A DNA stretch of 55,696 nt from an uncultured virus (IMG/VR IMGVR_UViG_3300008110_007658). Lineage: Duplodnaviria > Heunggongvirae > Uroviricota > Caudoviricetes. The stretch lies in IMG/VR virus record IMGVR_UViG_3300008110_007658, one strand, 5' to 3'. Each line of letters starts with the position of its first letter. Within the stretch, counting starts at the first letter, position 1. A model generated the notes under the pieces. It made no database searches, was not told the origin of the DNA, and was given only the letters and a program-made list of their open reading frames with translations. The position numbers were made by a program, and so were the translations under genes. Shown here in pieces: positions 1 through 9,763 of this stretch.

Positions 1-344
1 TGTTCGTTCAGTTCTTTGTATCCATTAAAGAAAGTTTTAGCAAGTCCTGCGTACTTACGTTTCATCAGTTTCTCAACGCGAGCATCTTCCACGACGTTAA
101 TAAACTGTTGGGGAACCTTACAAGTCTTGCTCCAATCCTCATCAGGAGTGAAAAGAGCGTGACCAACTTCGTGACCTACCAATAGATCATAAACAGTATT
201 GCTTGCCTTTTCCCACAAAGGAAGAGTTAGAACACGGGTATGAACATTAAAGCAAGCAGTAGAAACTTGCTTGTGCTCCACCACAAGATCCTCAGTAGCA
301 AGCAGGCGAGCAAGTTGGGATTTGATTTCGTGACGGACTGCCAT
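1..344 (-). CDS. HExxH metallopeptidase-like protein, N-terminal part (runs off the window)
   Basis: Hand translation from the ATG at 344: MAVRHEIKSQLARLLATEDLVVEHKQVSTACFNVHTRVLTLPLWEKASNTVYDLLVGHEVGHALFTP... It has an HEVGH zinc motif, stays open to the window edge and is absent from the ORF track. Confidence 0.8.
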   Translation of the reverse strand, partial: MAVRHEIKSQLARLLATEDLVVEHKQVSTACFNVHTRVLTLPLWEKASNTVYDLLVGHEVGHALFTPDEDWSKTCKVPQQFINVVEDARVEKLMKRKYAGLAKTFFNGYKELNE

Positions 345-513
345 TGGTTTTGTTTCGTATGGACCTATCATAAAACGAAAGGTCGCCTTTCGGGCGACCC
401 ATGTGACTCTTTTTGAACTGGGCGAGTCTTGCTTTTGCTTGCCTCAGTGCTTGCGGTTTAAGTTTTCGTTTCTGCTCCTTGCGGGAGTGGTGCTGCCAGT
501 TTGGAACTTTCAT
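292..513 (-). CDS. small basic hypothetical protein
   Basis: K/R-rich N-terminus MKVPNWQHHSRKEQKRKLKPQALRQAK directly downstream of gp46. The C-terminal part crosses a hairpin and overlaps the next gene, so it may be a non-functional extension. Confidence 0.6.
   Translation of the reverse strand: MKVPNWQHHSRKEQKRKLKPQALRQAKARLAQFKKSHMGRPKGDLSFYDRSIRNKTNGSPSRNQIPTCSPACY
372..399 (-). terminator. intrinsic terminator-like hairpin
   Basis: Minus strand GGTCGCC-CGAAA-GGCGACC (7-bp stem, 381-399) followed by TTTCGTTTT. Confidence 0.65.
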
Positions 514-527
514 CGTTCTTTTGAGTT

Positions 528-2240
528 TCAGTTCATCATACGACTAAATCCTTTAACTTTCTCAAACTTTATGACACTTTCAAATTTGTCCTCAAGTCCA
601 GTCTTGTGAGATATTACAAAGATATTTGCATCTTTGATTACATAACGAATGATTTTAAGAAACTCTTCCGTACCAAACCCATCAAGAGAACTGTCAAATA
701 CTTCGTCCATAATTAGAAGATTTGTATTGACAGAGTTCTTAAATCTTGCAACTTCTCTCCAAGTAAAAAGAAGAGCAAGGTCAATTCTCATTTTCTCTCC
801 TTCAGAAAAAGAAGCATATGAAAAATCTTCGTGAATTGGAGACTGGACGGTTTCGTTAAATTCCTCATCAAGAGTAAAGTTAATATAGAAATCCATCATC
901 TGAAGATAACGGTTAACTTGCTGATTTATCAGCGGTAGATACTTCTTAATGATCTTGGATTTTACTCCACCGTCTTTGAGTAAACTATACGTAAAATCGT
1001 AATAGTTGATTGAGTCTTTTTTAGTTGAGAGATCTTCGTATGTAGTTTGGAGACTTTCTTTAAAACTTTCTAACTTCTCATGTTCAGTATTTCGGTTTTC
1101 AAGCTGATTGGTAATAGTTTGAATTTCAAGTTCAAGATCTCTGACTTGCCTCTGACATCCAGCGATCTTAGTATTGTTTTGAGAAATGTCATGCGTTAGT
1201 TTTGTAATCTCCTTAGAGAGAGTGAGAAATTGACGCTCTCGCTCTTCTTCCTCTTTAATTGCCTCCTCCAGTTCTTTATAACCAGATTGCAACTCTTTTG
1301 CTTTAGATTGAGCGTCGTTAATTCTATTTATTCTGAAGACTTCATCAATCTCCTGTGTGCAGGTAGGACAAACCGTATTCTCACTGAAAAACTTATGTTC
1401 TTTAGTAATGGTGGATACCTTTTGAGATATCTTACCTTTTAGATTACCAAGTTTTTTAAGTTTATCATTTGCCCCAATATAGTCATTCAACTTATTTTGA
1501 AGTTTGAAGATATCCCCATCAAGAATTGAATTATCATTCATAAGAAGTCCTTGCTCTTCAGTAAGAGATGCGATTAAAACTTCCTTATTTTTAATATTTT
1601 CTTTACCCCGATTTTCGAGTTCCTCAATAAAGTCTTTCTGCATTTGAACTTTATCGTTCAAAGACTCTTTCTTAAGTTCAAGAGTTCTTACTTCATCTCG
1701 GATTTGGCGAATCTTATCTTTAATGATTGTATTCATAGAAGAAAAGATCTTAATATCCAAAAGATCTTCAATCACCTCTCTGCGATGTGCTGCAGGAAGT
1801 TGCATAAAAGGAACAAAAGTGCTTGACCCCAGAATTACAATCTGAGTGAAAGACTTATAGTTCATCTTAAGAACATTTTGCTCTAACCACTTCTGCTGAT
1901 CTAATGCAGCAGAAGATTGGTCAAGGGCAGAACCATTTCTATAAATCTCAAAAATTGCAGGTTTGATTCCCCTCACAACTTTCCATTCGGTCGATCCAAT
2001 AGTAAATTCAACCTCAACTTTACAGTCCTTTTCGTTTACTGTATTAACCAGTTGAGGTTTGTTAATTTTCCGAAATGGTTTTCCAAACAGAGAAAATGTA
2101 AGAGCATCCAATACCGTACTCTTACCAGCACCATTTGTACCAATAATTAAATTAGTTGAATTTTTTGTAAAGTCAACTTCAGTAAATTGGTTACCTGTAG
2201 AGAGGAAGTTCTTCCAACGAATTTTTTCAAATAAAATCAT
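528..2240 (-). CDS. gp46: recombination endonuclease ATPase subunit (Rad50/SbcC-like)
   Basis: Walker A GTNGAGKST, coiled coils with CPTC zinc hook, signature FSEGEK, Walker B LLIMDEVFDSSLD, ISH motif. Confidence 0.97.
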   Translation of the reverse strand: MILFEKIRWKNFLSTGNQFTEVDFTKNSTNLIIGTNGAGKSTVLDALTFSLFGKPFRKINKPQLVNTVNEKDCKVEVEFTIGSTEWKVVRGIKPAIFEIYRNGSALDQSSAALDQQKWLEQNVLKMNYKSFTQIVILGSSTFVPFMQLPAAHRREVIEDLLDIKIFSSMNTIIKDKIRQIRDEVRTLELKKESLNDKVQMQKDFIEELENRGKENIKNKEVLIASLTEEQGLLMNDNSILDGDIFKLQNKLNDYIGANDKLKKLGNLKGKISQKVSTITKEHKFFSENTVCPTCTQEIDEVFRINRINDAQSKAKELQSGYKELEEAIKEEEERERQFLTLSKEITKLTHDISQNNTKIAGCQRQVRDLELEIQTITNQLENRNTEHEKLESFKESLQTTYEDLSTKKDSINYYDFTYSLLKDGGVKSKIIKKYLPLINQQVNRYLQMMDFYINFTLDEEFNETVQSPIHEDFSYASFSEGEKMRIDLALLFTWREVARFKNSVNTNLLIMDEVFDSSLDGFGTEEFLKIIRYVIKDANIFVISHKTGLEDKFESVIKFEKVKGFSRMMN

Positions 2241-2499
2241 GATCAGTGTTAGGAGGAATTACGATGTCATCGGGTGTGATAATTACATATTGATATCCGT
2301 GCATTTCGCAGGTTTTAATCATAACATCATCTTCTATTTCTATTACATGCATTTCGGGATATTCATCTTCTTCTAACATCATAGCATATCTTGTCGCATC
2401 ATCTTCTTCCTGAAACAAATAGAGAATTTGTTCTCCTTCATCATCAGTTACAGAGTATGCTCCTTCGGTTTCTCTACCATTGATTGTTAGAATAAACAT
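2227..2499 (-). CDS. acidic hypothetical protein between gp47 and gp46
   Basis: 90-aa ORF packed between gp47 and gp46 on the same strand. Confidence 0.8.
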   Translation of the reverse strand: MFILTINGRETEGAYSVTDDEGEQILYLFQEEDDATRYAMMLEEDEYPEMHVIEIEDDVMIKTCEMHGYQYVIITPDDIVIPPNTDHDFI

Positions 2500-2500
2500 C

Positions 2501-3541
2501 TTATACTAATTCACAAGCCTCCTGATAAATTTCCTGCATCATCTTTTGAATTACAGTTTTATCAAGACTGATTTCCGCCTCCTGAATATATCTATCTAAA
2601 ATAGAAAGAGTATCTTCAGATTCAAATGCTTCAAACTCTTCGGTTCCGTGAATTTCAAAATTTTCAACTACTTTGAGTTCTGCAACATTTGATGCATAAA
2701 GTTTATCAATAAACTTTTCAAATTGTTTAGTATCAGTTTTGTTGCGAACAACAACTTTTACAATTTTATTTTCATACTCGCGAGTATCAAATGTCTGATA
2801 ATTAGTATCCTCATAGTAGATGCTATAATACATCTTATGTGGATTATTAATTGGAGTGTGCTCTAAGGTTTCAGTATCAAAGATATGAAATCCCCGAGTA
2901 TCATTCAAATCATTCCAATATATCTCATAAGGATTGCCCAAGTAGAAGACAGTATTGTTATCAGAACGAGTGTGGTAATGACCAGAAAATACTCTTTTGA
3001 AGTTTTTAAAAAGATCTGCTTCCAGTCCATGTTCCATTACAATTGAGCGGTTTACTCTAAATCCCTGAAGTTCAAGGTGTCCCATAGCAACTTTTGCTTG
3101 AGTGCTTTTAATCATTCGGATAGTTTTTTCTTGATTATCCTGATTAATCCAAGGAATAAGAAATACTTTAAGATTATTCAATTGAACTTCAGTTGGTTCT
3201 GAATAAACTGTTACATTTTCGTATTCTCTAAGCAACAAATCAACTGCATTTACTTCATTGGTATTTTTGTAGTAAGCAGTATGATTTCCTACAATAGTAT
3301 GAACCGTAACTCCCATTGCTTGGAGTTTATCATAATAATTATTCTTAGCCCAAGAAAGAGCAGAAAAATCAATACCTTTACGACTATCAAATGTATCGCC
3401 CATATCAATAACAGTTGTAATCCCGTACTGTTCCAGCGTCGGGAAAAAAATGTCATTATAGAACTTTAGGAAATAGTCATGAAAGAGTTTAGAGTTCTTT
3501 CTTGCTCCAAAGTGTTGGTCAGTAATAATTGCTACTTTCAT
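2501..3541 (-). CDS. gp47: recombination endonuclease nuclease subunit (Mre11/SbcD-like)
   Basis: Metallophosphoesterase motifs DQHFG, GDTFD, GNH, GHLE, SGHYH; next to gp46. Confidence 0.97.
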   Translation of the reverse strand: MKVAIITDQHFGARKNSKLFHDYFLKFYNDIFFPTLEQYGITTVIDMGDTFDSRKGIDFSALSWAKNNYYDKLQAMGVTVHTIVGNHTAYYKNTNEVNAVDLLLREYENVTVYSEPTEVQLNNLKVFLIPWINQDNQEKTIRMIKSTQAKVAMGHLELQGFRVNRSIVMEHGLEADLFKNFKRVFSGHYHTRSDNNTVFYLGNPYEIYWNDLNDTRGFHIFDTETLEHTPINNPHKMYYSIYYEDTNYQTFDTREYENKIVKVVVRNKTDTKQFEKFIDKLYASNVAELKVVENFEIHGTEEFEAFESEDTLSILDRYIQEAEISLDKTVIQKMMQEIYQEACELV

Positions 3542-4039
3542 TCAATAACGAAGTTTGGAGTGTACACCGTCTTTAATGGAATTATAGTCGGAATAGTTGC
3601 CCCCGTCAATAGTGTTGTCATCAGTAAAGACTTCGCTGAATCCAGAACGCTCAAGGATCTTATTCTTGATTTCCAACTGACGCTTTTCTCTTTGAATACG
3701 ACGAAGAAAGGCAAAGTGAATAATTTGAGTAAAGTAAGCAAAAGGATTTTGTGACTTCTCTGGATTGAAATTATGAATGTACTGCACACAATTCTCAATA
3801 CCATCAGAAATCATATCCTCTTTGAACATATAGTTGACAAAGTTTGGTTTAAATGATAAGTGATTGGCAATCTTAAGAAAACACTCTCCAATGTAGCGTG
3901 GAATGGGAGGTTTTGGTTTTCCTTGTATCAGTGCGATTTCTTTATCTTCACGATACTTAATTAGAGCAGCAAGAAACTCTTTGTTGTTTACATAGTGCTC
4001 TGACCTTTTTCTTTTGGCCATAACTGCAGTGGTTATCAT
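3542..4039 (-). CDS. gp55: late-transcription sigma factor
   Basis: HYVNNKEF, YIGECFLKIA, NYMFKEDMISDGIENC, NPFAYFTQI motifs; T4-like synteny with gp47. Confidence 0.96.
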   Translation of the reverse strand: MITTAVMAKRKRSEHYVNNKEFLAALIKYREDKEIALIQGKPKPPIPRYIGECFLKIANHLSFKPNFVNYMFKEDMISDGIENCVQYIHNFNPEKSQNPFAYFTQIIHFAFLRRIQREKRQLEIKNKILERSGFSEVFTDDNTIDGGNYSDYNSIKDGVHSKLRY

Positions 4040-4064
4040 AAGTTTTTATCATTATTATGTAGAT

Positions 4065-4093
4065 ATTATAACACTTCCGTAAATAGTTGACAA
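4065..4093 (-). promoter_or_regulatory. sigma70-type promoter for the gp55-gp47-gp46 unit
   Basis: Minus strand TTGTCA-N17-TATAAT with an extended -10 TG. Confidence 0.75.
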
Positions 4094-4115
4094 GCACCTC
4101 AAAACCCTGTACAAT
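4087..4115 (+). promoter_or_regulatory. counter-oriented sigma70-type promoter (antisense)
   Basis: Plus strand TTGACA(4087-4092)-N17-TACAAT(4110-4115), with no plus-strand ORF downstream. Confidence 0.65.
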
Positions 4116-4144
4116 AACCTTTGTCGGGGTTGATAAAATTAATA

Positions 4145-4540
4145 TTAGCTACTCTTAAAGATCTTCTCTAGTATCTCTTTAGCATCATTGACATTAGAGA
4201 TATAACCCATTCTACGATTTATCTTTGATTCTTTATTCTTTTGTTTGTAGCTAGAACGAATATAATTCTGATACATCATAATCATTTCTATATCTGAAGA
4301 CTCACTCATAGTAAGTACATCTTCAAGATTAAGAATAAACATATCCTCTGTTGTAGTTTTCAACCAGGGTTCTATCTTATAACCAAGAACACCACCAACT
4401 CTCCCCTTTATTTCAGAGATGATAATTGGATTAGAAACAATAAGCATTGTTCTATGGTCTTCTTCTGAGGCTGCTACTTTTGCAAATATTTCCTCACCTG
4501 TTTTTAATTTAAGAGTGCAATAAAAATCTTCTTCTATCAT
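4145..4540 (-). CDS. hypothetical protein downstream of uvsW (possible Sm-like fold)
   Basis: 131-aa ORF overlapping the uvsW stop; LKLKTGEEIFAKV start typical of small beta-barrel T4-like proteins. Confidence 0.8.
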   Translation of the reverse strand: MIEEDFYCTLKLKTGEEIFAKVAASEEDHRTMLIVSNPIIISEIKGRVGGVLGYKIEPWLKTTTEDMFILNLEDVLTMSESSDIEMIMMYQNYIRSSYKQKNKESKINRRMGYISNVNDAKEILEKIFKSS

Positions 4541-6009
4541 TTCTTTAATTGAATAGTTATTATTTCATAATTGAAATTCTCTTCATTGTAAATTTTAATT
4601 CTTTCAATGAGATGATTTAAAGTATAATTTTTTCTTGAATTACTTGTACAGTCATCAGCAATATCATATAGTACTGCTTTTGTTTTATTTTTACCCTTTC
4701 TTAAAACTCTTCCAATTGACTGGAGATTTCTAATTCTTGATTTACTAGGGGAAGCAAAGATAACATTGTGTAGATTTCTAATGTTAATACCAGTAGAAAA
4801 AGTACCGTAAGAAGCAACGATGATTGCATTATTTTCTCTCTCAGTAATTTCTCTTACAAGTTCTCTTTCTTCTGTATCCACACCACCATGAACAAAAAAG
4901 ACTTTTCTATCACCTTGCTTGCTATTATTTATTTGATCAAAGAGTATTGCTCCGTGTGCTTCTACTCTGCTGAATAGAACAAGAGTATTGCCTTTTAAAT
5001 CCAGAGTAAGATTTGTGATAAATTTATTTCTTTGCTCATGGGAGATTAAGTATTGAATCTCATCTTCATAAGTTTCAAATTTTTGTGGAGGATGCTTTAG
5101 AACTAGGCAGCGGATATCTAACTGAGAAAGATGTCCCTGCTTCATCAATTCATCAGTTCTTGTGACTTTGTATGATGGTCCAAATAATCCTTCCAGAACC
5201 CATTTATGAGTTTGTGTTCCATCAAGAGTTCCAGTAAAACCGAATCTGTACTTGGCATGATGAAGTTTGGTCATAATTTCGATGAGGGATTTGCTCTTGA
5301 ATAAATGAGCTTCATCACCTATAATTACGCCATAGTCTTCAAAGAATGAACGCTCTAGTTTATATACTGATTGCCAAGTAGTAATTGTAACTGGAAACTC
5401 ATTTGTTTTCTCTCTTCCTGAATAGATACGGTGACAATATGACTCAGCATCCCAACCATAATCTTGGAAATCCTTGTACATCTGCTCTACAAGAGATGTC
5501 GTTGGAACAACTAGAAGAATTTTTTCGCCTTTATCCACATAATATCTTACGAGAGAATAAATCATCAACGATTTGCCGCTGGCAGTGGGGCTTATCAACA
5601 GTTTTCTATTATGCCTTAGAGCATCACATACTCCCTCTATTTGATACTGCCTCGGTTCATGAGTACAAATAGATTTCATATAATCTTTGACGCCTTCATA
5701 TGAAATTAAATCATTAACTTCAAAAGGTTGTCCGTAAAACTTATTATCTTCAAACTTATAACTATATCCATACTGTTCGCAGAAATTGACAATCTTATCT
5801 AAGAGACCCACATAAATCTGCTTGGATCTCATGTCGTATAAGTGTATCTCTCCATTCCAATTTCTGCCTCGGTACTGGGGCATAAACTTTGCATTTGGAA
5901 CCTCAAATTTGAAATGATCTCTTAGTTCATATTCAATATGAGGTTCTGTTTTAATTTTTAAAAAAACTTCGTTGGATTTTTGTATAACTAGATTCGTTGT
6001 ATCAACCAT
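4537..6009 (-). CDS. uvsW: UvsW SF2 DNA helicase
   Basis: Motifs SPTASGKS, GDEAH, TGT, QSIGRVLR. The likely start is the ATG at 6009 (MVDTTNL), overlapping the uvsY end; the ORF track starts at 6042. Confidence 0.95.
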   Translation of the reverse strand: MVDTTNLVIQKSNEVFLKIKTEPHIEYELRDHFKFEVPNAKFMPQYRGRNWNGEIHLYDMRSKQIYVGLLDKIVNFCEQYGYSYKFEDNKFYGQPFEVNDLISYEGVKDYMKSICTHEPRQYQIEGVCDALRHNRKLLISPTASGKSLMIYSLVRYYVDKGEKILLVVPTTSLVEQMYKDFQDYGWDAESYCHRIYSGREKTNEFPVTITTWQSVYKLERSFFEDYGVIIGDEAHLFKSKSLIEIMTKLHHAKYRFGFTGTLDGTQTHKWVLEGLFGPSYKVTRTDELMKQGHLSQLDIRCLVLKHPPQKFETYEDEIQYLISHEQRNKFITNLTLDLKGNTLVLFSRVEAHGAILFDQINNSKQGDRKVFFVHGGVDTEERELVREITERENNAIIVASYGTFSTGINIRNLHNVIFASPSKSRIRNLQSIGRVLRKGKNKTKAVLYDIADDCTSNSRKNYTLNHLIERIKIYNEENFNYEIITIQLKK

Positions 6010-6439
6010 ATCCTGCCTGGAATTTAATAAATTCAATGGCATTCTTAATCTGGTAGGTTCTGTTTTGAATTACCTTAAGAATACTCTCAATATAATTTAG
6101 GAGAGTTTCATAGTACTCAATTTTGAGGGCAACATTGGATAATTTTTCATCAGAATCTAGATATCCCTGAAGAGTTTCTTTGTCTCTAATTTTTTTGGGA
6201 AACGGATTTTCTAAATATACTTCTGGGTCTGCTTTGCCAGTGAAGTATTCATATCTTTCATGACGAATTCTTTTCTTTTGCTGGTCTGCTTTCTTTTTTA
6301 GTAAATTGATTGTATTATATAAATCAAAATATTTTGCATGAAGAACAGGAATATTTAAAGATTCTGTATGAAGATTATCTGGATCTATTTTTGAATCTTT
6401 TTCCCACATCTCTTGAATGGTTTCAAGATCAATACTCAT
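6002..6439 (-). CDS. uvsY: recombination mediator UvsY
   Basis: WEKDSKID, IPVLHAKY and RTYQIKNAIEFIKFQAG motifs; adjacent to uvsW. Confidence 0.93.
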   Translation of the reverse strand: MSIDLETIQEMWEKDSKIDPDNLHTESLNIPVLHAKYFDLYNTINLLKKKADQQKKRIRHERYEYFTGKADPEVYLENPFPKKIRDKETLQGYLDSDEKLSNVALKIEYYETLLNYIESILKVIQNRTYQIKNAIEFIKFQAGYG

Positions 6440-6981
6440 AATGGATTTCCACTTAAATCTGTTATATTGTAAATAGTATACTTGAAACCAACATCTGCTG
6501 TAAAGTATTGAATATCAGTTTGTGTTGCATCAAAGGTTAAAGTTCCTAAAGAATAAGGAAATAAATCTTTAAATGAAATTTGGAAATTGGGTATGGAAGA
6601 ACTGGTCAAAATTTGAAGAGTTCCGTCAGAATAAATGTTCTGCGATCTATTTACATAATTTGGATTTGAAAGTGTCCCCGAATTTTCCAAATCTGCAAAT
6701 TGACTAAGTTTTTCTGGATAACCTAGTCCTCTTATCCAGTTTTGAATTTCCAAATAATTTTGAAGATTTTCATCAACAAGAAATCTTAAATTTAAATCTC
6801 CAAAAATAATTTTATCGCCAGGTACATCAATATCTTTTAAGTAACTTGTTTGAACAGCAATACCAAGGTTTAAATCTGGAATATTTGCTTGATTGCAGAA
6901 GAAAGCAACTTTAGGTGCTCTATCAAGTTTAAATTTAAAACCAGTTGGGGATAAAAAATTTCTATTTTCTATTTGTGCCAT
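6436..6981 (-). CDS. gp3: tail tube terminator / tail completion protein
   Basis: NFLSPTGFKF, FLVDENLQNYLEIQNWIRGLG and tube-fold C-terminus; lies between gp23 and uvsY. Confidence 0.85.
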   Translation of the reverse strand: MAQIENRNFLSPTGFKFKLDRAPKVAFFCNQANIPDLNLGIAVQTSYLKDIDVPGDKIIFGDLNLRFLVDENLQNYLEIQNWIRGLGYPEKLSQFADLENSGTLSNPNYVNRSQNIYSDGTLQILTSSSIPNFQISFKDLFPYSLGTLTFDATQTDIQYFTADVGFKYTIYNITDLSGNPL

Positions 6982-6991
6982 CTTTTTTAAA

Positions 6992-6998
6992 TATTTAG
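6992..6998 (-). promoter_or_regulatory. T4-type late promoter variant (CTAAATA) for gp3
   Basis: CTAAATA directly after the gp23 terminator and just upstream of the gp3 ATG. Confidence 0.55.
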
Positions 6999-7000
6999 AT

Positions 7001-7028
7001 AAAAAAAGGGACCCTTTTGGGGTCCCTT
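7001..7028 (-). terminator. intrinsic terminator after gp23
   Basis: Minus strand AAGGGACCC-CAAAA-GGGTCCCTT stem-loop followed by a T tract. Confidence 0.9.
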
Positions 7029-7047
7029 CAGAATTTGTGAGAAAGAC

Positions 7048-8481
7048 TCACATGAGGTTCTTAACAGCAACTCTTCTGTAGTAACGGTTCTGATTAACCG
7101 TAAGAGCACCGAGACCCTTGTTGGTTCCTTCTGCGAATGGGTTGGCGACCAGACCATATCTGGTCTTAAAGCCAATCTTGGGCTGGAAGGAGTTCTCGCC
7201 AACGGCACGAACCATTTGGAGAGGAACGTATGGGCAATAGAACAGACCTGCATCATAAGGGGAAGAACCCTTATAACCAACAACATAGTACTGGTTACCA
7301 GGAGTTCCGTTAGCGGAAGTCAGGTTAGCAGCATATGGGTCGATGTAGACGCGGAATTTGCCCATCAGTGTACCAGCAAAGGTGTTGCCGGTATCATCAA
7401 CGGTTAGGTTAGCGTTCAGAGCAGGGGTGTAATCGAGAACACCAGCCATGGTCAGTGCTGAAGCAACGTCAGCAGAGCACATGATGATGTTGCCCTTTCC
7501 ACGACGAGTTCTTTGAGCGATTGCGTTAGCATCACGCTCAATTTGGAACAGAAGACCCTTGAACTTCTCAACCGACCAACGACCATTGGAGTCGATGTCT
7601 AGGTCGAATACGCCAGGAGTTGCAACGTTTTGTACAGCACCTTGCTCAGCAACCTTGTAGATGGTTCTGATAACTTCGCGGTTGATTTCAGCAAGAATCT
7701 CAGTTGAGAGAATGTTTGCTAATTCCGCTTCAGCATTCAGACCGTGGATTGCCTTCAGGTCTTGAGCAAGCTCAAGGCTGTATTCTGCTTTCAGAGCACG
7801 GCTCTTAGCAGTAACAGTGACCTTCTCAATCGAGAATGCCATCTGGTTGAACTGATCTCCACTTACACCATCGCCAAGTGCTTCTGCATCATCAGTACGC
7901 AGACCCTGACCTACATTGTAAGCCGTTGAGGTTGCGGTGCCTACTGGATTCAGAACTCCTGGATTGGTTCCGCTCTGAGCGGTAGTACCCATACCAGCAA
8001 CAGCATCGCTATATCCATTAGCGGCATCGAATGCTGAGTTGTTTCCAGAGAATGCAGAATCAACTTCGTTATAGAATGTCTCTGCACCACTTTGGTTGGT
8101 GTAGCGTGAACGCATTGCGAAGATGAGTCCAGTAGGACCACTCATTGGTTGAACGCCAGCGATATCATAGGCGATCAGATTAGGCATTGAGCGTCTGATT
8201 AGTGAAATCAGAACGGGATCAAAACCTGCGGTAGGACCACCAGATAGTGAAGCACTACCGCCGAAACCGGCACCACCGGATCCAGAACCAGTGCTATTGG
8301 TTGGTGCTTCTGTTAGGAAGTTTCCGCCGTGTTCGAAAGCAGATTGCTCACGAAGGAATTTTTCTTGGTTCTCTAGCAGGACTGCGGTTACAGCTCTTCT
8401 GTGCGAATCTTTGATTGAATCAAGACCCTCATAGTTGAGGAGAGGTGCCCACTTTTCCTGCAATTGTTCAGAATGGAACAT
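7048..8481 (-). CDS. gp23: major capsid protein
   Basis: GVQPMSGPTGLIFAMR, KSRALKAEYSLELAQDLKAIHG, YCPYVPL, FQPKIGFKTRYG; likely maturation site FLTE/A. Confidence 0.99.
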   Translation of the reverse strand: MFHSEQLQEKWAPLLNYEGLDSIKDSHRRAVTAVLLENQEKFLREQSAFEHGGNFLTEAPTNSTGSGSGGAGFGGSASLSGGPTAGFDPVLISLIRRSMPNLIAYDIAGVQPMSGPTGLIFAMRSRYTNQSGAETFYNEVDSAFSGNNSAFDAANGYSDAVAGMGTTAQSGTNPGVLNPVGTATSTAYNVGQGLRTDDAEALGDGVSGDQFNQMAFSIEKVTVTAKSRALKAEYSLELAQDLKAIHGLNAEAELANILSTEILAEINREVIRTIYKVAEQGAVQNVATPGVFDLDIDSNGRWSVEKFKGLLFQIERDANAIAQRTRRGKGNIIMCSADVASALTMAGVLDYTPALNANLTVDDTGNTFAGTLMGKFRVYIDPYAANLTSANGTPGNQYYVVGYKGSSPYDAGLFYCPYVPLQMVRAVGENSFQPKIGFKTRYGLVANPFAEGTNKGLGALTVNQNRYYRRVAVKNLM

Positions 8482-8535
8482 TTGCGTTTACCTTTTGTAG
8501 TGTGATTGTTTGCGTTTGAATTATATTAAATTCAA

Positions 8536-9705
8536 TTATTTGCTGAATGCTGAAAGAGTCTTCAGGTAAGTAGCCATTGAACCAGAAACTGATTCAGGTG
8601 AACTATCTACACCCTCAGAAAGGGTTTCAGTTCTTGCAGATGGAGATGTAGATCTTGAAGGGAAATATGATTCCTTCAGAGTCTCCAGTTTTTCACGATA
8701 TTCCTCTTCACTTTCAAACTCAACACTTTCGGCAAGTGAAGCGAGCTTGTCTTTCTGAGTGTGTGCAAGACCCTCAGAAACCTTTTCAAAGATTCCATCC
8801 GCAACCGACTCTGCGAGACGCTTGTTTAGGGAAACATTCTTCTCAATTTGCTCGTTGAGTTTTATTTCCATGTCATCAAGTTTTTCTACCATGCTCTCTA
8901 GAACATCATATTTATCTTCAGGGATTGATACATAATGTGCTTCAAAAAGACCCTTCATTCCTGAAAGGAATGATTCGGTCATTTCGGTCTTAAGACCACC
9001 CTCAATAGCGAGAGTGTTCTCAGCGAACCATTCATCAGAAACATACTCTAGGTATGAATCTACACGCTCAGCAAGTTCGGTCTTAATTTCTTCAACTTCT
9101 TCTGCGAGAGCGGCGGCATACTGCTCTTGAAGTGCTTCTTGAATTTGACCAACTTTTGATCTAAGAGCAGCTTCAAAAATAGTTCTTGCCTTTTCTTGGA
9201 ACTCTTCAGAGAGTTCTTCACCGGAAAGAAGAGCATTGACATCTTCTTCGATGTCATATGATTCTTCCATTTCCTCATCTTCGTCTTCTTCGTCTTCGTC
9301 TTCTTCTTCCTTCTTACCTTTTTTCTTGCTGCCCTCTTCCTCTTCCTCTTCTTCCTTAGCTTCGGCAACTACTTCATCTTCATCAATCTCTTCTTCGATG
9401 AAATCTTCATCGTCGAGTTCTTCCTCTTCTTTCACACCTTTCATTGCTTCAGCAGGCTTTGCTCCTTTGTTGACAACATCTCTTACTTGCTTAAGAGTTG
9501 CGCCAGGAGTCTTCAGTTTTGCTGAATCATCAGTTGACTTATAGTTAGAAGGATCTGGTCCACCAAGATCTTCCCATCCTGCAGTTTGACCTGGTGTTGT
9601 ACCAGATAGATTTGGCATTGCGTCCGCTGCCTTAGCATTTGCATTGACAGCGGTTTTGGATTGCTTAGTGCCTACTTCCATTTCTTGTAAATCTCCACGA
9701 GACAT
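8536..9705 (-). CDS. gp22: prohead core scaffold protein
   Basis: Acidic coiled coil with LSEEFQEKARTIFEAA and VDSYLEYVSDEW; upstream of gp23. Confidence 0.95.
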   Translation of the reverse strand: MSRGDLQEMEVGTKQSKTAVNANAKAADAMPNLSGTTPGQTAGWEDLGGPDPSNYKSTDDSAKLKTPGATLKQVRDVVNKGAKPAEAMKGVKEEEELDDEDFIEEEIDEDEVVAEAKEEEEEEEGSKKKGKKEEEDEDEEDEDEEMEESYDIEEDVNALLSGEELSEEFQEKARTIFEAALRSKVGQIQEALQEQYAAALAEEVEEIKTELAERVDSYLEYVSDEWFAENTLAIEGGLKTEMTESFLSGMKGLFEAHYVSIPEDKYDVLESMVEKLDDMEIKLNEQIEKNVSLNKRLAESVADGIFEKVSEGLAHTQKDKLASLAESVEFESEEEYREKLETLKESYFPSRSTSPSARTETLSEGVDSSPESVSGSMATYLKTLSAFSK

Positions 9706-9745
9706 TTGAACTCTCCGATTAACCTTTAGTAATTTAATCTATATT

Positions 9746-9753
9746 TATTTATA
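9746..9753 (-). promoter_or_regulatory. T4 late promoter TATAAATA (gp22-gp23)
   Basis: Exact TATAAATA in the gp21-gp22 gap. Confidence 0.85.
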
Positions 9754-9763
9754 AATTAAGAAA

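Noticed and set aside
9236..9544. Plus-strand poly-Ser ORF and the alternative-frame K/R-rich ORF at 9060-9368
   Set aside because: Both are shadows of the GAA/GAC-rich acidic tract in gp22.
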